From Podarcis liolepis (lineage: Eukaryota): DNA of 64,000 bases. Both the position numbers and the translations under genes were made by a program. Shown piece after piece: positions 1-10,936 of the stretch (position 1 is the stretch's first letter; every line of letters starts with the position of its first letter). The stretch lies in the NCBI GenBank assembly GCA_965112155.1, contig OZ218107.1; one strand, written 5' to 3'. Below the pieces are notes generated by a model, which was not told the DNA's origin, did not search any database, and was given only the letters and a program-made list of their open reading frames with translations.

Positions 1-152
1 CCGAGCCTGCTGTCCTCAAGGGTAAGAGACAGACCCTTCTGTTTATCGATGGCTAGCTGAGTTGTCACTCCCCGCTAAAATAAAAAATAAAAATCCAAAC
101 CCACACCATCACAACCCACTCTGGCACACGTGCCATAGGTTCTCCACCACTG
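1..152. mobile_element. Right end of a hAT-type non-autonomous DNA transposon (cut by the window edge)
   Basis: Ends in GGCACACGTGCCATAGGTTCTCCACCACTG, the reverse complement of a CAGTGGTGG.GAACCTATGGCAC terminus typical of squamate hAT MITEs; the other end is not visible. Confidence 0.55.
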
Positions 153-276
153 CAATAGAGGGAGTACATACCGTGTCACCCAGCCACTTTCTTCATTATT
201 ATTCTTGAAGGTGTGGTAATTTATTATTATTTATTTTTTTGCTTTTTTGCTCATAAATGTCTTCCTGCTTTTCCAG

Positions 277-433
277 GTTAAGGTAGAATCCATGTCTGAG
301 GAATGCAAATCTGAATCAACAGAGCAAGAAGAGAAAAAACCAGAAGTGAAGCAAGAAGTGAAGGAAGAGGAGGAAAGACCTAGTACTCCAGGTACTCAGT
401 CTTCACCAGCTTCAGGACAGTCAAAGAGGAAAA
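277..433 (+). CDS. EP300: EP300 exon (human exon 16 equivalent), acidic linker before the bromodomain
   Basis: ttccag|GTT...AAA A|gtaagt; VKVESMSEECK...QSSPASGQSKRK resembles p300 QSSPAPGQSKKK. Confidence 0.9.
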
Positions 434-825
434 GTAAGTTTACTGTTTCTTTTCAGCTACATAGAGAAGCTGTGTAGTTTTCTTAAGTTTGAGACTTGAA
501 CTTCACATGTTAACATTTCGGTAATAGGACAGCCATAGAAGGATGTGCCTTGTCTAACGAAACACTGGTTAGGAGACAGGCCTATGAAATTTAACTATTA
601 GCCAAACTTTACATTTACTGTGCACATTGGCTCTTGAGTAAAATATTTTTAATTCCTACTGTTGTTCCGTATCAAATTCCTGTTCTGACTATTGTAAATT
701 AGTCAGTGCCTAACACTTCACCATTGGATAATGAGTGGGGAAACTGGAAATGAAGCATTGTCTTGATGTTAATCAGATTTCTAATTCTCTTGGTTAATTT
801 TATGTTATGTGTCTCCTTTCACAAG

Positions 826-944
826 TTTTCAAGCCAGAAGAGTTGAGGCAGGCACTTATGCCAACTTTGGAGGCACTTTACCGTCAGGACCCAGAGTCCC
901 TTCCCTTCCGACAGCCTGTGGATCCCCAACTACTAGGAATTCCT
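826..944 (+). CDS. EP300: EP300 exon 17 equivalent, start of bromodomain
   Basis: aag|TT TTC AAG CCA...ATT CCT|gtaagt; IFKPEELRQALMPTLEALYRQDPESLPFRQPVDPQLLGIP; 119 nt. Confidence 0.97.
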
Positions 945-1238
945 GTAAGTGTATTGAAAAGAAACATTTCTCTCAATGCGTAACTACTTTTCCAGGGCTT
1001 TGGTGTGTAACAACAAAATCCTGTAGCTCCATCTTTTTCCTTTTTCTTTTTTTCAGATTAGTCTCCTTCAGAGCAAAGTTGTCTTCTGTATTGGGCATTT
1101 TTAAATTTGTCTGACCGAAAGCAAATGTCTTACCCATTACTTTCGGAGATGGGGTTTCAGGCTTTTGTAGATGAGATAAGCAAAGACATTCCAGGTCTGC
1201 ACCCAAGGGTTCAGAATTCTTATTTATTTATTTTTCAG

Positions 1239-1478
1239 GATTACTTTGATATAGTAAAGAACCCCATGGATCTTTCTACAATCAAGAGGAAGCTTGACAC
1301 AGGACAGTACCAGGAGCCCTGGCAGTATGTCGATGATATTTGGCTCATGTTCAACAATGCCTGGCTTTACAACCGCAAAACATCTAGAGTATATAAGTAC
1401 TGTTCCAAGCTGGCAGAGGTGTTTGAGCAGGAAATTGATCCAGTTATGCAGAGCCTTGGCTATTGTTGTGGACGAAAG
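1239..1478 (+). CDS. EP300: EP300 exon 18 equivalent, bromodomain
   Basis: ttcag|GAT...CGA AAG|gtaagg; DYFDIVKNPMDLSTIKRKLDTGQYQEPWQY...GYCCGRK; 240 nt. Confidence 0.98.
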
Positions 1479-1947
1479 GTAAGGAGAGTCATCTTAAGCT
1501 GAATTTCAGGAAATTACCCAAACACTTCAATGTCTAATTTTAAGGATCCTTTAAGTCTGTTTTGAATGCTAATATAGAAATCAAGTATGGTGAACTATTT
1601 TAGGATTGTCTTAAATTGTGTTCAGTACTTACTCCAGAGTCTTAATGTTCATCATTAAATACAACATTCAGTTGTTTTCCTACTGCATGTAAGCAATAAA
1701 GCAGATGGTCCTCCAAGGCTAAGAAGTTTATTGTCCCTGGTCTACCCCTACATGTAGTTGTGTACAAAATATTTTGATGGCAAGGTTTTCTTTGGGGTAA
1801 ACAGCATTCCAAATGGATAAAACTACTGCCTAATAAATGTTATGTTGTACAGGAATCATCATTAGCACCACAACATTTGTAGGTTGTGCTCTGATTCTAG
1901 GAGCTTGGGGAGGGGCGGACAGTGTTGATACTGAACTACCACCACTG

Positions 1948-2022
1948 ATACTTCATGAATACTTATTCATGAATAATACTTCATGAATACTTATTCATGA
2001 ATAATACTTCTTGAATACTTAT
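1948..2022. repeat. 28-bp tandem repeat, about 2.7 copies
   Basis: Unit ATACTTCATGAATACTTATTCATGAATA at 1948-1975 and 1976-2003, partial third copy; contains the palindrome TATTCATGAATA. Confidence 0.9.
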
Positions 2023-2263
2023 AAACAAAAACCTGAGGTTTCTGTGCAATCCCAAGTATGGGCTTTCTGCCTCTTCAGGACAGTGTCTGGAACCTTCTAT
2101 TAGGAAAATCTGGTGCCCAGCCTGCCCTCTGGAGATAGTGTGCATGCCCTCATTGGGTGGGATCTGTGCTTCTGCTGCTTTTGTAGCAGCTTTTGAAACT
2201 TTGCTTTAAAGTGTCTTATTTCTTGGATACCTGTAAGCAACCTGCGTTCCCCTCTCTTTTCAG

Positions 2264-2352
2264 TTGGAGTTTTCACCACAGACTTTATGTTGCTATGGCA
2301 AACAGTTATGCACAATCCCACGAGATGCTACATATTACAGTTACCAAAACAG
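2264..2352 (+). CDS. EP300: EP300 exon 19 equivalent, N-terminal half of RING
   Basis: tttcag|TTG GAG TTT TCA...CAA AAC AG|gtaag; LEFSPQTLCCYGKQLCTIPRDATYYSYQN; 89 nt; not shown in this frame in the ORF track. Confidence 0.97.
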
Positions 2353-4463
2353 GTAAGAAAATGCTTGGGCACAACATTGCACCTGCTGTGAAAAATTATA
2401 TTACATATAGGCAGGCATGCAGTTATATTTATAGCATACTCAGCAGATTACTTCCCATGCAAGCCAAGTGCCTTGTTGCATCAATTGACTTTTTCTTCCT
2501 GTTTCAGAAATTAGGATGTTAATATAAACTCTCCATATGCTTTAGATAAGTTCAAAGCTTCTGCAGTAAAGCCATCATTTTTTCCTATGTATGAAACAGT
2601 GCACAGAAAAGCATGCATGTTTGCATCTTGAGTTCACTGCATTTAACATTCAGTCTTGTCCTAAGGGAGACATATTTCCTGTTTTAGATCACAGTTATTT
2701 CAACCAAAGCTGTAGTTGTAAAGCTGTGTTTTGTTTGAGCTGCGTGAAAAGCAGGGTGCCTGCAAGGTCAGAGAGGGGCTGACTTGACTCTGCCATGGCC
2801 TCTTACAGTCTCTCACTCTCAGCTAGAATTTCTATGCTAGTAGCACTCCTGTGTGTGTGCTTGGGATCTCTTAACTATTGAGGCATAACTGTCAAGTGTT
2901 CCTGAGTATGTACTTTTGTTTAAGAAGGTAAATCTTGCACTGCATCAGACCAAGATTTACCTGGTCCGGCATCTTTTATGGGAATTTCAATAAACCAGCA
3001 ACTTCTCTGTACTCCACTGGACCTGCAGCCTTCAGTTTGTTCTCGATAGCCCTTTTCTGAAGTGGAAATTAACTGAGGAGTGAACTCTGGAGTTGTTTGA
3101 TTAAATAAGCATCACCGTGCATCTTAATTTTACCACCTGCACCTGCATGATGATGGCAGTCTTTCTGAAGACTTGCTTTCTGTGATAGCACGGGTCTATG
3201 TTCTGCTTTGGGGTCGGAAAACATCTGATAGGAAAAACTGTGTTTGGAGCTCTTCTAAGGGAGGAAAGAAAACTGAGAACACAACTTTTTCACGTTTTTT
3301 GTCAGGAGTATTGCTGCAAATCATGCTTTGGGGGGGGGTTGCTGAAGTAGACAACTAGTTCTTTAACAAATCTAAAGCTAAGCTTTCTATAACTTTACAG
3401 CTTCATGCCATAAGTCATTTTTATCACAAATGCCAACTTGAGTAAAGAAATCTTCATATGTATACATATGAGCTGGGATCCAAAGAACTGCTGTAGGTGT
3501 GTACATGGGCTAGGGCATTGCTACTGGATTTTTTTACCTTTAATCAGCAGACTGTCATGCCATATCACAGCTTTTGAAATTAAGAGGAGTTTCAAAAACA
3601 ATGTGGAATGGAAGGTTGCTGTCCAAAACATGCAAGGCAAAGCCCCCCCCCCAAGCAGATAACACTAAGTGGTTCTTTGGACACTGGTCTTTTGAATGTC
3701 CAAATCAATGTTTGTCATTGTATCAGTGTAATAAATAAACTAACCTGTTATAGATAGGAAACATAGGTGGTGAAGAAGTGATCCGTTCCTTAGCAATTAC
3801 ATTTCCTCTAGTGTTGGTTTTGCTTTGCTTTATAATACTGTCACAGTTTTGTTTTTTGTTTTTGTTTCTTTTTGTTGTATGTTTGCACTCAAATTAACTT
3901 GCTTAGCAATGGAAAGGCTGCAGTTTCTGTGCACTCTTGCGGGTAAAAAAACATCTTGAGTAAAGCATTCAACATTAATTTAGATGAAGATGGAATCCTT
4001 TTAATATGTCAATTATACATCAATTTGGAGGCATGGAACATCAGTACGTCACATATTAAGAACATACATATGCATGGCTGATTGTCAGATGCCTTAAAGC
4101 ACCTGTCATTTTGGCAGATCATGAACAATTGCATAGAAATTGTTTTGGGGATGGTTACTGCTGCTTTAAACAGATGTTGCAAACAAAAAATGCTTTGAGG
4201 GGAAGGACTGGCCTGTCAACATTTGAGCATTCTCAAGATGGATTGTTTTCACCCCTTTCCAGCCCTCTCCTGGCAGATGTTCTTGTGAAAAGAGTTGCTA
4301 CCCTGATGCAGATGTCAGAGCAGCAATTGCTCTTACCCTTTCTTCATTTTGATTCTCTGCTTTATTGTAGCATTGATTATTGAAATGAGGAGGGCATGGG
4401 CATACTAAAATGGAATACTCTTTTTATTTGCTATAATTTGCTGCTTGTGATCCCATTTGAGAG

Positions 4464-4812
4464 ATTTAATGCTAATCTGTGCTTTGCCTTGGCTTTCTGC
4501 TTTGTGTTGTCCTGTCTTGCTTCTGTGTTTTTGTTTTTCGTCCTGCAAATCCCTATTTCTTTGTTCGTGTGTGTGTGTTGTTTTTTTATTTCTCCTTCAT
4601 GCTTGTCGTTGTCTGCACTTGGCTTTGATTGCAAAAAAACCAACCCAAACAAAAAAACAAAACCAAACACAAACTCTGGGTCCCATAAATCTTCATCATT
4701 GAATGTCCCTGTCGCCGTTGATGACCTGCTCTCTGCTCCCGCCCCCCTCCTTGGCCTGCTGTGATTGGTGGCTCCGTTGCTTGGCTTGGGCTGTGTTGTG
4801 TGGACGGAACAG
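4464..4812 (+). promoter_or_regulatory. Extended AG-exclusion zone with candidate distant branch point (GCTAAT 4471-4476) and long pyrimidine/UG-rich tract
   Basis: No AG dinucleotide from 4464 to 4810; CTAAT branch motif at the 5' edge followed by a U-rich tract. Confidence 0.8.
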
Positions 4813-4842
4813 TTCACCCAAATATGGCCTTCTTGCCGACAG
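4813..4842 (+). CDS. EP300: Putative alternative 30-nt 5' extension of EP300 exon 20 (adds SSPKYGLLAD)
   Basis: First AG after the AG-free zone (aacag|T TCA CCC AAA TAT GGC CTT CTT GCC GAC AG); in frame with exons 19 and 20, no stop. Confidence 0.7.
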
Positions 4843-4923
4843 GTATCATTTCTGTGAGAAGTGCTTCAATGAAATCCAAGGAGAGAGCGTTTCTTTGGGG
4901 GACGACCCATCACAGCCTCAAAC
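4843..4923 (+). CDS. EP300: EP300 exon 20 equivalent, C-terminal half of RING
   Basis: gacag|G TAT CAT TTC...CAA AC|gtgagt; RYHFCEKCFNEIQGESVSLGDDPSQPQT; 81 nt. Confidence 0.97.
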
Positions 4924-5348
4924 GTGAGTAGCTATCTCCTTTCTAATTATTTTTAAATTTCTTACAACATTTATCATAGCATTAGTCAATCTCATACTCT
5001 AAATACTATTAAACAATTTACATCAAATTTATGGTAAAATTCCTTATTTAATGCTGAGGCCTTGTGCAATTATGGGAGGAACAGAGGACAGGAATATTAT
5101 TTGAAAACAAGACAAATCTTATGTTTCAGAATGAGCTTTAGCTTTTAAAACACTTTCATATTTTGGTGAGAATATGAAAAACCACTTTTGAAAAGTAGAA
5201 GCATTATTCCAGTTTATATGTTAGATTTAATAAAGACCTAATGTTTAAGAATTCCAGTCCCACCTGAGCCTGCAAATTTTTTTGTTGCTTCTGCTTGTAG
5301 AAAAGAGACTTCACAGCTTGCTTTAACTTTTAACTATTTTGTGCATGT

Positions 5349-5376
5349 GCACACACACACACACACACACACACAC
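5349..5376. repeat. (CA)n microsatellite
   Basis: Directly visible CA run. Confidence 0.9.
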
Positions 5377-5668
5377 CATGACTAGCTTTAACCTGTTGAG
5401 CAGGAGATCCAGTAAAGAATTGTTCAGGCAGGTACCTAACTGAAAGCAGGCCTAAATTTGAAAACACGGGTGACAGATTTTCCTGCTCAAAATAGGGTTA
5501 TGTTGGAGCAGAGTGTTCATAGGAATTGTTTGCTGGAGGTTGCAACCATGTTCTGACACTTAGAATATTTATGTGCCTTTACATATTGGCCATATTTGAA
5601 CGCCACATCCTCTTCTCCTTAGGCACAGCTACAAGGATGAGATGAGAACTGCATGTTGTCCAAACCCT

Positions 5669-5774
5669 AAACTGTGACTAACCTTAACTATGGCTTGCAA
5701 CAACTCAACTTCAAACCGTGTGTTATGAAGCATGCTTGTTTCAAACAACCCATAGTTAATGCTAGCCACAGTTT
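5669..5774. mobile_element. Old imperfect palindrome, probably a MITE remnant
   Basis: AAACTGTGACTAACCTTAACTATGG versus the inverted CCATAGTTAATGCTAGCCACAGTTT. Confidence 0.45.
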
Positions 5775-6994
5775 AAGTTACGTTCAGATGACATGATGTT
5801 GCAGTTAATCTAACCCAGAAGTGGAACCATTGGAACTCTCAGGAGGGGAGTGCAAAAGCTCAAGGCTTGTGGCTCACTCTTGTCATGCTGATGTGTGACT
5901 TGTCGTGAAATCTGGACTGGGTCAATGTGTAAGGCTCCCTTGCTTCAACTTCAATATTTGTAATGTTGTTCTGATAGTTCCATAATATATGAAATAGATT
6001 ATTTAATTGTAGTAAGTTGGGGTCCTTTGCCTGATGGATTCTGATTCCTAATGCCGAGGATTAAACAAGAAGCGCCTGGAAGGAGACTTAGCTAAAAACT
6101 TAGTCTTCAGTCTTGTCCACCACTGATTTAACCTACAGGAGAAAATATGTAGTAGATTTTTGGAGAATAAGTGCCTAAAATGCTTTAAAATACATTTTTA
6201 ATGCTAAAATACACAGGATCTCAAGAGACATAATTTTTAGTCTGGTTGGATTCTGAGGCAGCAGATGTCTTCCAGAAAAGGAAAGTTTCCTACCCTTTAA
6301 AAGGTGAAAGGGAACTAGCCAGGAAAAGCTTCTCTAGGCAACAATTTCATAACTGGAACATCACCACCAAGAACATCCTAGATGTTCAGATTTTTTTCCC
6401 CAGTCCAAGAGCACTCTTTGAAATCTGAGAAACTGCTATAGGCACTACAAAATATCCTTTCATATCCAGGCCAAGTTCAAGGCGTTACTATTGATATATT
6501 AATACAAAGCCCTCAACATCTTGGGATCCACTTACTTGTGAGATCACCTTACCTCATTATATGCACATTTGATCTTTGAACATTTTAAAGTACCTGTTTT
6601 AACTTTTTTTGTTGACATTACATTAACATTATGTCTTGTAAACCACTTAGAGATTTATTACAATCAAGCAGTATATAAACTTTGTTAAATAAACATCACA
6701 GAAGGTTAACAGGTAATGCTTAGATACACACACACTAAAGCAGGCAAAATATCTCTCCCCCACAAATAGTAATAATACAAAAATACAAACAATTGCCACT
6801 CCCCTGTCCTTCCCCAAACTTGACGTTTATTCATTTTGTATACTGCCCTTCATCCACAGATCTTAGGGCAGTTAGTTCACAACATTAAATTACAAGATAA
6901 AAACCACAAAATACATAGTAAAAAAGAACAACAACAACAACTTATAATGAAGGGGTTTGAGAAGTGGGGTCCCTAAGAATTTGGGTTAGTACTG

Positions 6995-7330
6995 GTGCTT
7001 TTTAATTTGTTCATAAATCACTTGAAATTAAGCACGAGCAGTGTATTAGCCAGTTTTACTGATGATACTGAATTGTTAAGGTGGTAAAACCAAAAGAGTA
7101 TTGTGAGAAGCTCCAAAAGAATCCAAACTGGATGAATGGGCATTAAAATAGCAATCCTTACTTCACATATATCCTTATAGAGTCTGACCTGATGGTTACT
7201 CACCAGGAATGAAATCTTGAAGTCATCATTGATAGCACAGTGAAAATGTTGACCTCTTGTGTGGCAGCTGTGCAAAAGGCAAACTCCATGTTTGGGATCT
7301 TTGGTAAAGAGACTGGGGAAAACTCTAAAT
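6995..7330 (+). mobile_element. Degenerate CR1 LINE reverse-transcriptase fragment
   Basis: Translates with frameshifts to LFNLFINHLK...ASFTDDTEL...CEKLQK, resembling the CR1 RT motif FNLFINDL...KFADDTKL...CEELQ; boundaries approximate. Confidence 0.7.
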
Positions 7331-7940
7331 ATCACAATGTGATTATACATATTTGTAGAGTGACCACAACTCCCCATTTAAAAGGGGGGCAGAGGGTCTT
7401 GGCTTGTACCAAGGTGGGTGCCTGGGGGCAATGTGATACTTTCAGGTGTCACACTGGGGACCCCAGCCTATATCTTACAGCTGCTGTCCATACCTCTTTG
7501 AGAGGATACAGTAATAGCACCACCTCCCAAAATTTCAGTTCCATATGGGGTACCTATGATATTCCTTCATGTTATGAGGGCCCAGATCAGGTAAGGCCTT
7601 AAAAGCTGAAACCAGAAATTTGAGTTTGTGGTTGGAAACAAACCAGTAATCAATCCTAGTAAGTGTAGCATAATTCTTATGGCCAGCAATAGTCTGCTAC
7701 ATTCTGGATCAACTTCTGAAAAAAAATCTAAAGCAGCTTTATAGACAGCACACTGCAGTAGTTCAGTGGTAGAAGTTACAAAAGCACGTGCTACAACAGT
7801 TATTAACAATAATTTCCTAACCTAATTTAATTAGTTTGCTATTGTTCTAAAAGGGTGCTTTTCAACAAAGCCTCTTTGGAATAGCTTACCATAGTAGAAA
7901 AGAATGAAACAGCTAGCAACATTGCGATAAACAAAATCAT

Positions 7941-8060
7941 GTATCTGATAAAGTAAGCTCTAGTCCGTGAAAGCACATGCCATAATAAAATGTGTTGGTC
8001 TTTAAGATGCCACAAGGCCCTGTTAATTTTGCTGTAACAGACTAACATGGCTCCTACCTG
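7941..8060 (+). mobile_element. Degenerate Penelope-like terminal repeat with a decayed hammerhead core
   Basis: GTATCTGATAAAG...GAAAGCACATGCCATAATAAA...GGTCTTTAAGATGCCAC...CAGACTAACATGGCTCCTACC is collinear with the younger copies at 39058 and 58480. Confidence 0.65.
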
Positions 8061-8339
8061 TCTGGTAACAATAAACCCAAGTAAGCAGCAAGGGGGGGGA
8101 AATATGACAGTCACTAAAATAATAGATCAGATTGCAGCAGCAATTCAATTAAAAGCCTTGGTAAAAAGGAAATTGAGCTGAATCAAGGTAGAAGTAACTG
8201 CCATATTTATGTCTAGAGAGACTATTCAAATACAAAGCACCATCACTGAATAGAGGCTCTCACTAAAAGAGTTGAGGGCACCTGGAAAAGGGTGTTGGAA
8301 GGTGGGCTGGGGCATATAAGAAAAGATGGTTCTTCTTAA

Positions 8340-8600
8340 GTACTCTAGTGTCAAGCTGTTCAGGGCTTTAAAGGTATAAAAATGACATTTGCATTGAACT
8401 TGGAAATATTGGGTAACTTTGTAGAACTATTAATACTGCAGAGGTGCTGAAACTAGTGTGTCCTGCTTAACAGTTTATCGGTTGTGCTTGGAACCAGATG
8501 AAGTTTCTGAACCAATTTTAAAGGCAACCCCATATACAACATATAACAGTAGTCAAACTCTGAAATTTCCAGAGGGTAGAAAACTATGTCCAGGCTATCA
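8340..8600 (-). mobile_element. L2-type LINE ORF2 C-terminal fragment (a similar older piece lies at about 7570-7800)
   Basis: Minus-strand ISEFDYCYMLYMGLPLKLVQKLHLVPSTTDKLL resembles the L2 motif SRLDYCNALY.GLP.K...KLQLVQNAAARLL. Confidence 0.65.
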
Positions 8601-9223
8601 TAGTAAAAGCAACTATTACAGTTGAGAGAAGATAATGAGGTCTCACTAACCCAAAAGCTAGTCATAAGTTGTATATTAATAAATGTCAGTCTTTAAAGAT
8701 GATGTGTTTTATAAAATGGGGTTTCATGATACGTCAAACTGTAGAATGTGTTTAAATAGTACGTTCTGTACTTCCTAGTAGCCTCTTTGTGCTTGTCTGC
8801 TCCCCCAATCTGTGGTGGAGGGTTGAATTTGGATGGTTATAAGCTGCATGGTGACTGCATGGTTCCTGTACCTAGTGAGGAAGAAATCATCTGTAGCTTC
8901 TGATGACACTGCTAAGCCCTAAGACTTTCTGGATTTTTAAGCATTTGCAGAGGGGGAGGAGTGCTTAAGTGTGTGGTCACAGGTTATGAATGGCAACTCT
9001 GGTGTCTTACAAGCTTTTAAGTAGCCACTACATTGCCCTAGATATTTGAATTCACCTGTAGTTTTCCTTCCTCTCAAAATTTTTAATTCTTAAGAAGCAG
9101 AATGCATATGGAGTTCTATTGGGCTGTGTAGCAGGGTTTCCTGTAGGTGCTAGGAAGATTTTTTATTATTATGAGCAGCTACTTATTTTTGTTACAACTG
9201 TGATTATCAATTTTTCTCCTCAG

Positions 9224-9280
9224 CACAATAAATAAAGACCAGTTTTCTAAAAGGAAAAATGATACACTGGACCCTGAACA
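9224..9280 (+). CDS. EP300: EP300 exon 21 equivalent
   Basis: ctcag|C ACA ATA AAT...GAA CA|gtaagt; TINKDQFSKRKNDTLDPEQ; 57 nt. Confidence 0.96.
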
Positions 9281-9960
9281 GTAAGTCATGCTTGAGCAGC
9301 TCAAATCACTTGTCATTTTAAAAATGAAAGTTTTTTTCACCATTTATTCATTTATTTTTGCAGGGGGTGGGAGGGGTGAGTGGAAGGCTTTAGGATTATT
9401 CTCTTAGTTTATCACCTTCAATATTGATGGTGTGTTGTACCTTAAGAAAGCAAATATTTGCCTGCCTAAGTATAGCCACATAATCTGAGTTTGGGGTAGA
9501 AAAGCCTTTGATTACTTTAGTCAGTATTACAAATTTATATTGAATATATTTGTTTTGAAGTATAAAAAATTGACTTCACTTTTTCAAAAGCCTCCCAATC
9601 CTCTTTGTAAACATTTAACTGTGCTTTGTCATGTACCTAGTTCTGCCTTCAGACTTAGATGTACAGGAATCTTAGTTGCTGTGAATTCTTTTAGTAGTGG
9701 AATGTAAGAAAAGAGAAGCTATATAATGCATAACTAAAATCAATGTAGACCATATGGGGAGTAGTGGTTTGCATTTGGGCATAGTACACTAGACTGTTGC
9801 TGAGAAAAGATACATGTACAGCAGATCAACAGGTTTGAAATTGTACAGTTCTGAATATTTTGTACTTGGGCTACCTAATCTTCAGTTCCAACACATTTTT
9901 TCTAAATCAGTTATCTTCAACAACTTCCTGTGTTGCTTATACTTTGATTCTCTCTTCCAG

Positions 9961-10038
9961 GTTTGTTGAATGTATAGAATGTGGAAGAAAAATGCATCAG
10001 ATTTGTGTGCTTCACAATGAGACAATCTGGCCATCTGG
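9961..10038 (+). CDS. EP300: EP300 exon 22 equivalent, PHD finger
   Basis: ttccag|G TTT GTT GAA...TCT GG|gtgggt; FVECIECGRKMHQICVLHNETIWPSG; 78 nt. Confidence 0.97.
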
Positions 10039-10868
10039 GTGGGTTGCTTCCTGCTTTTTCTTTCCTTTTTTCTTACAAAGATGGTAATTTGTTGATGATA
10101 TGCTTTTTGTGTACAATTAAAAAAATGACAAAATGACTACAGTTCTATCTGGAAAGAGTGCTGGTGGTCTAATTTAAAACAGCAACCATGCCAGCTTAAA
10201 ATTGTTTTTCTAAAACGCTTGCCATTAAGTTGCTATTTTCAAGTCAGTTGATAAACTTGCCCTCTTAATAGACATTTGTTAACATACTCCTATGTAATAT
10301 CAATGCTGCCTTTAGAGGGACTTTCTACAACTCAGATCCCAGGAAGCTTGATTTTCTAGTTCCAATAACCTTACTACTGCTGCCACAGATCACAGAATGC
10401 ACAGAGAGCATCATTTATATGGTCCATGATGCAGTATTTCAGAAGGCAGGCCAACATTCTCCACAGCATCCTCCATTCTGTCCATCCAGTATATTGTCCT
10501 AGTTGGGATTTATGCTCTCCTTTGAAGAAAGTGCTAAAGGGAAACGGCTGAAGTGGTAGTATAGTGTACATTAATCACTGGATCAACTTAAAATTAGTGC
10601 TCATCTTAAACCGGAAAAGGGAAGTTAATTGATAAAACATATTTTTGGCAATAAGACCTTTTAGTGATTTCCTAATTTATTGTTGATACATACTAAAACA
10701 TTGATCAAATCCAATATGCTATCCTTTTTTTAAAAAAATAAATAATGGTTGAAATAAGTACTGGGTATTAGGATGTTAGAAAATATCAAAGGAATATTTT
10801 TGGGGAGATTATTCGCCTTTTTGTTAAGAATATATTTTGAATTTCTTTTTTCCCCATTTCTATTTCAG

Positions 10869-10936
10869 CTTTGTTTGTGATGGTTGCCTAAAGAAAACTG
10901 GGCGAACCCGGAGAGAAAATAAATTTTGTGCTCGAA
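10869..10936 (+). CDS. EP300: EP300 exon 23 equivalent
   Basis: tttcag|C TTT GTT TGT...CGA A|gtaagt; FVCDGCLKKTGRTRRENKFCAR; 68 nt. Confidence 0.96.

Noticed and set aside
1-30. Donor-like AAGG|GTAAGA as the end of an upstream EP300 exon
   Set aside because: No recognisable p300 peptide, and it lies within what looks like a hAT MITE ending at 152.
1479-4812. Apparent loss of EP300 exon 19 (absent from the ORF track)
   Set aside because: The exon is intact at 2264-2352; it is just too short and lacks a start codon in its frame.
4396-4817. ORFs of 122 aa (+) and 128 aa (-) upstream of exon 20
   Set aside because: Low-complexity translations produced by the U-rich, AG-free splicing tract, which depletes stop codons; no protein-like features.
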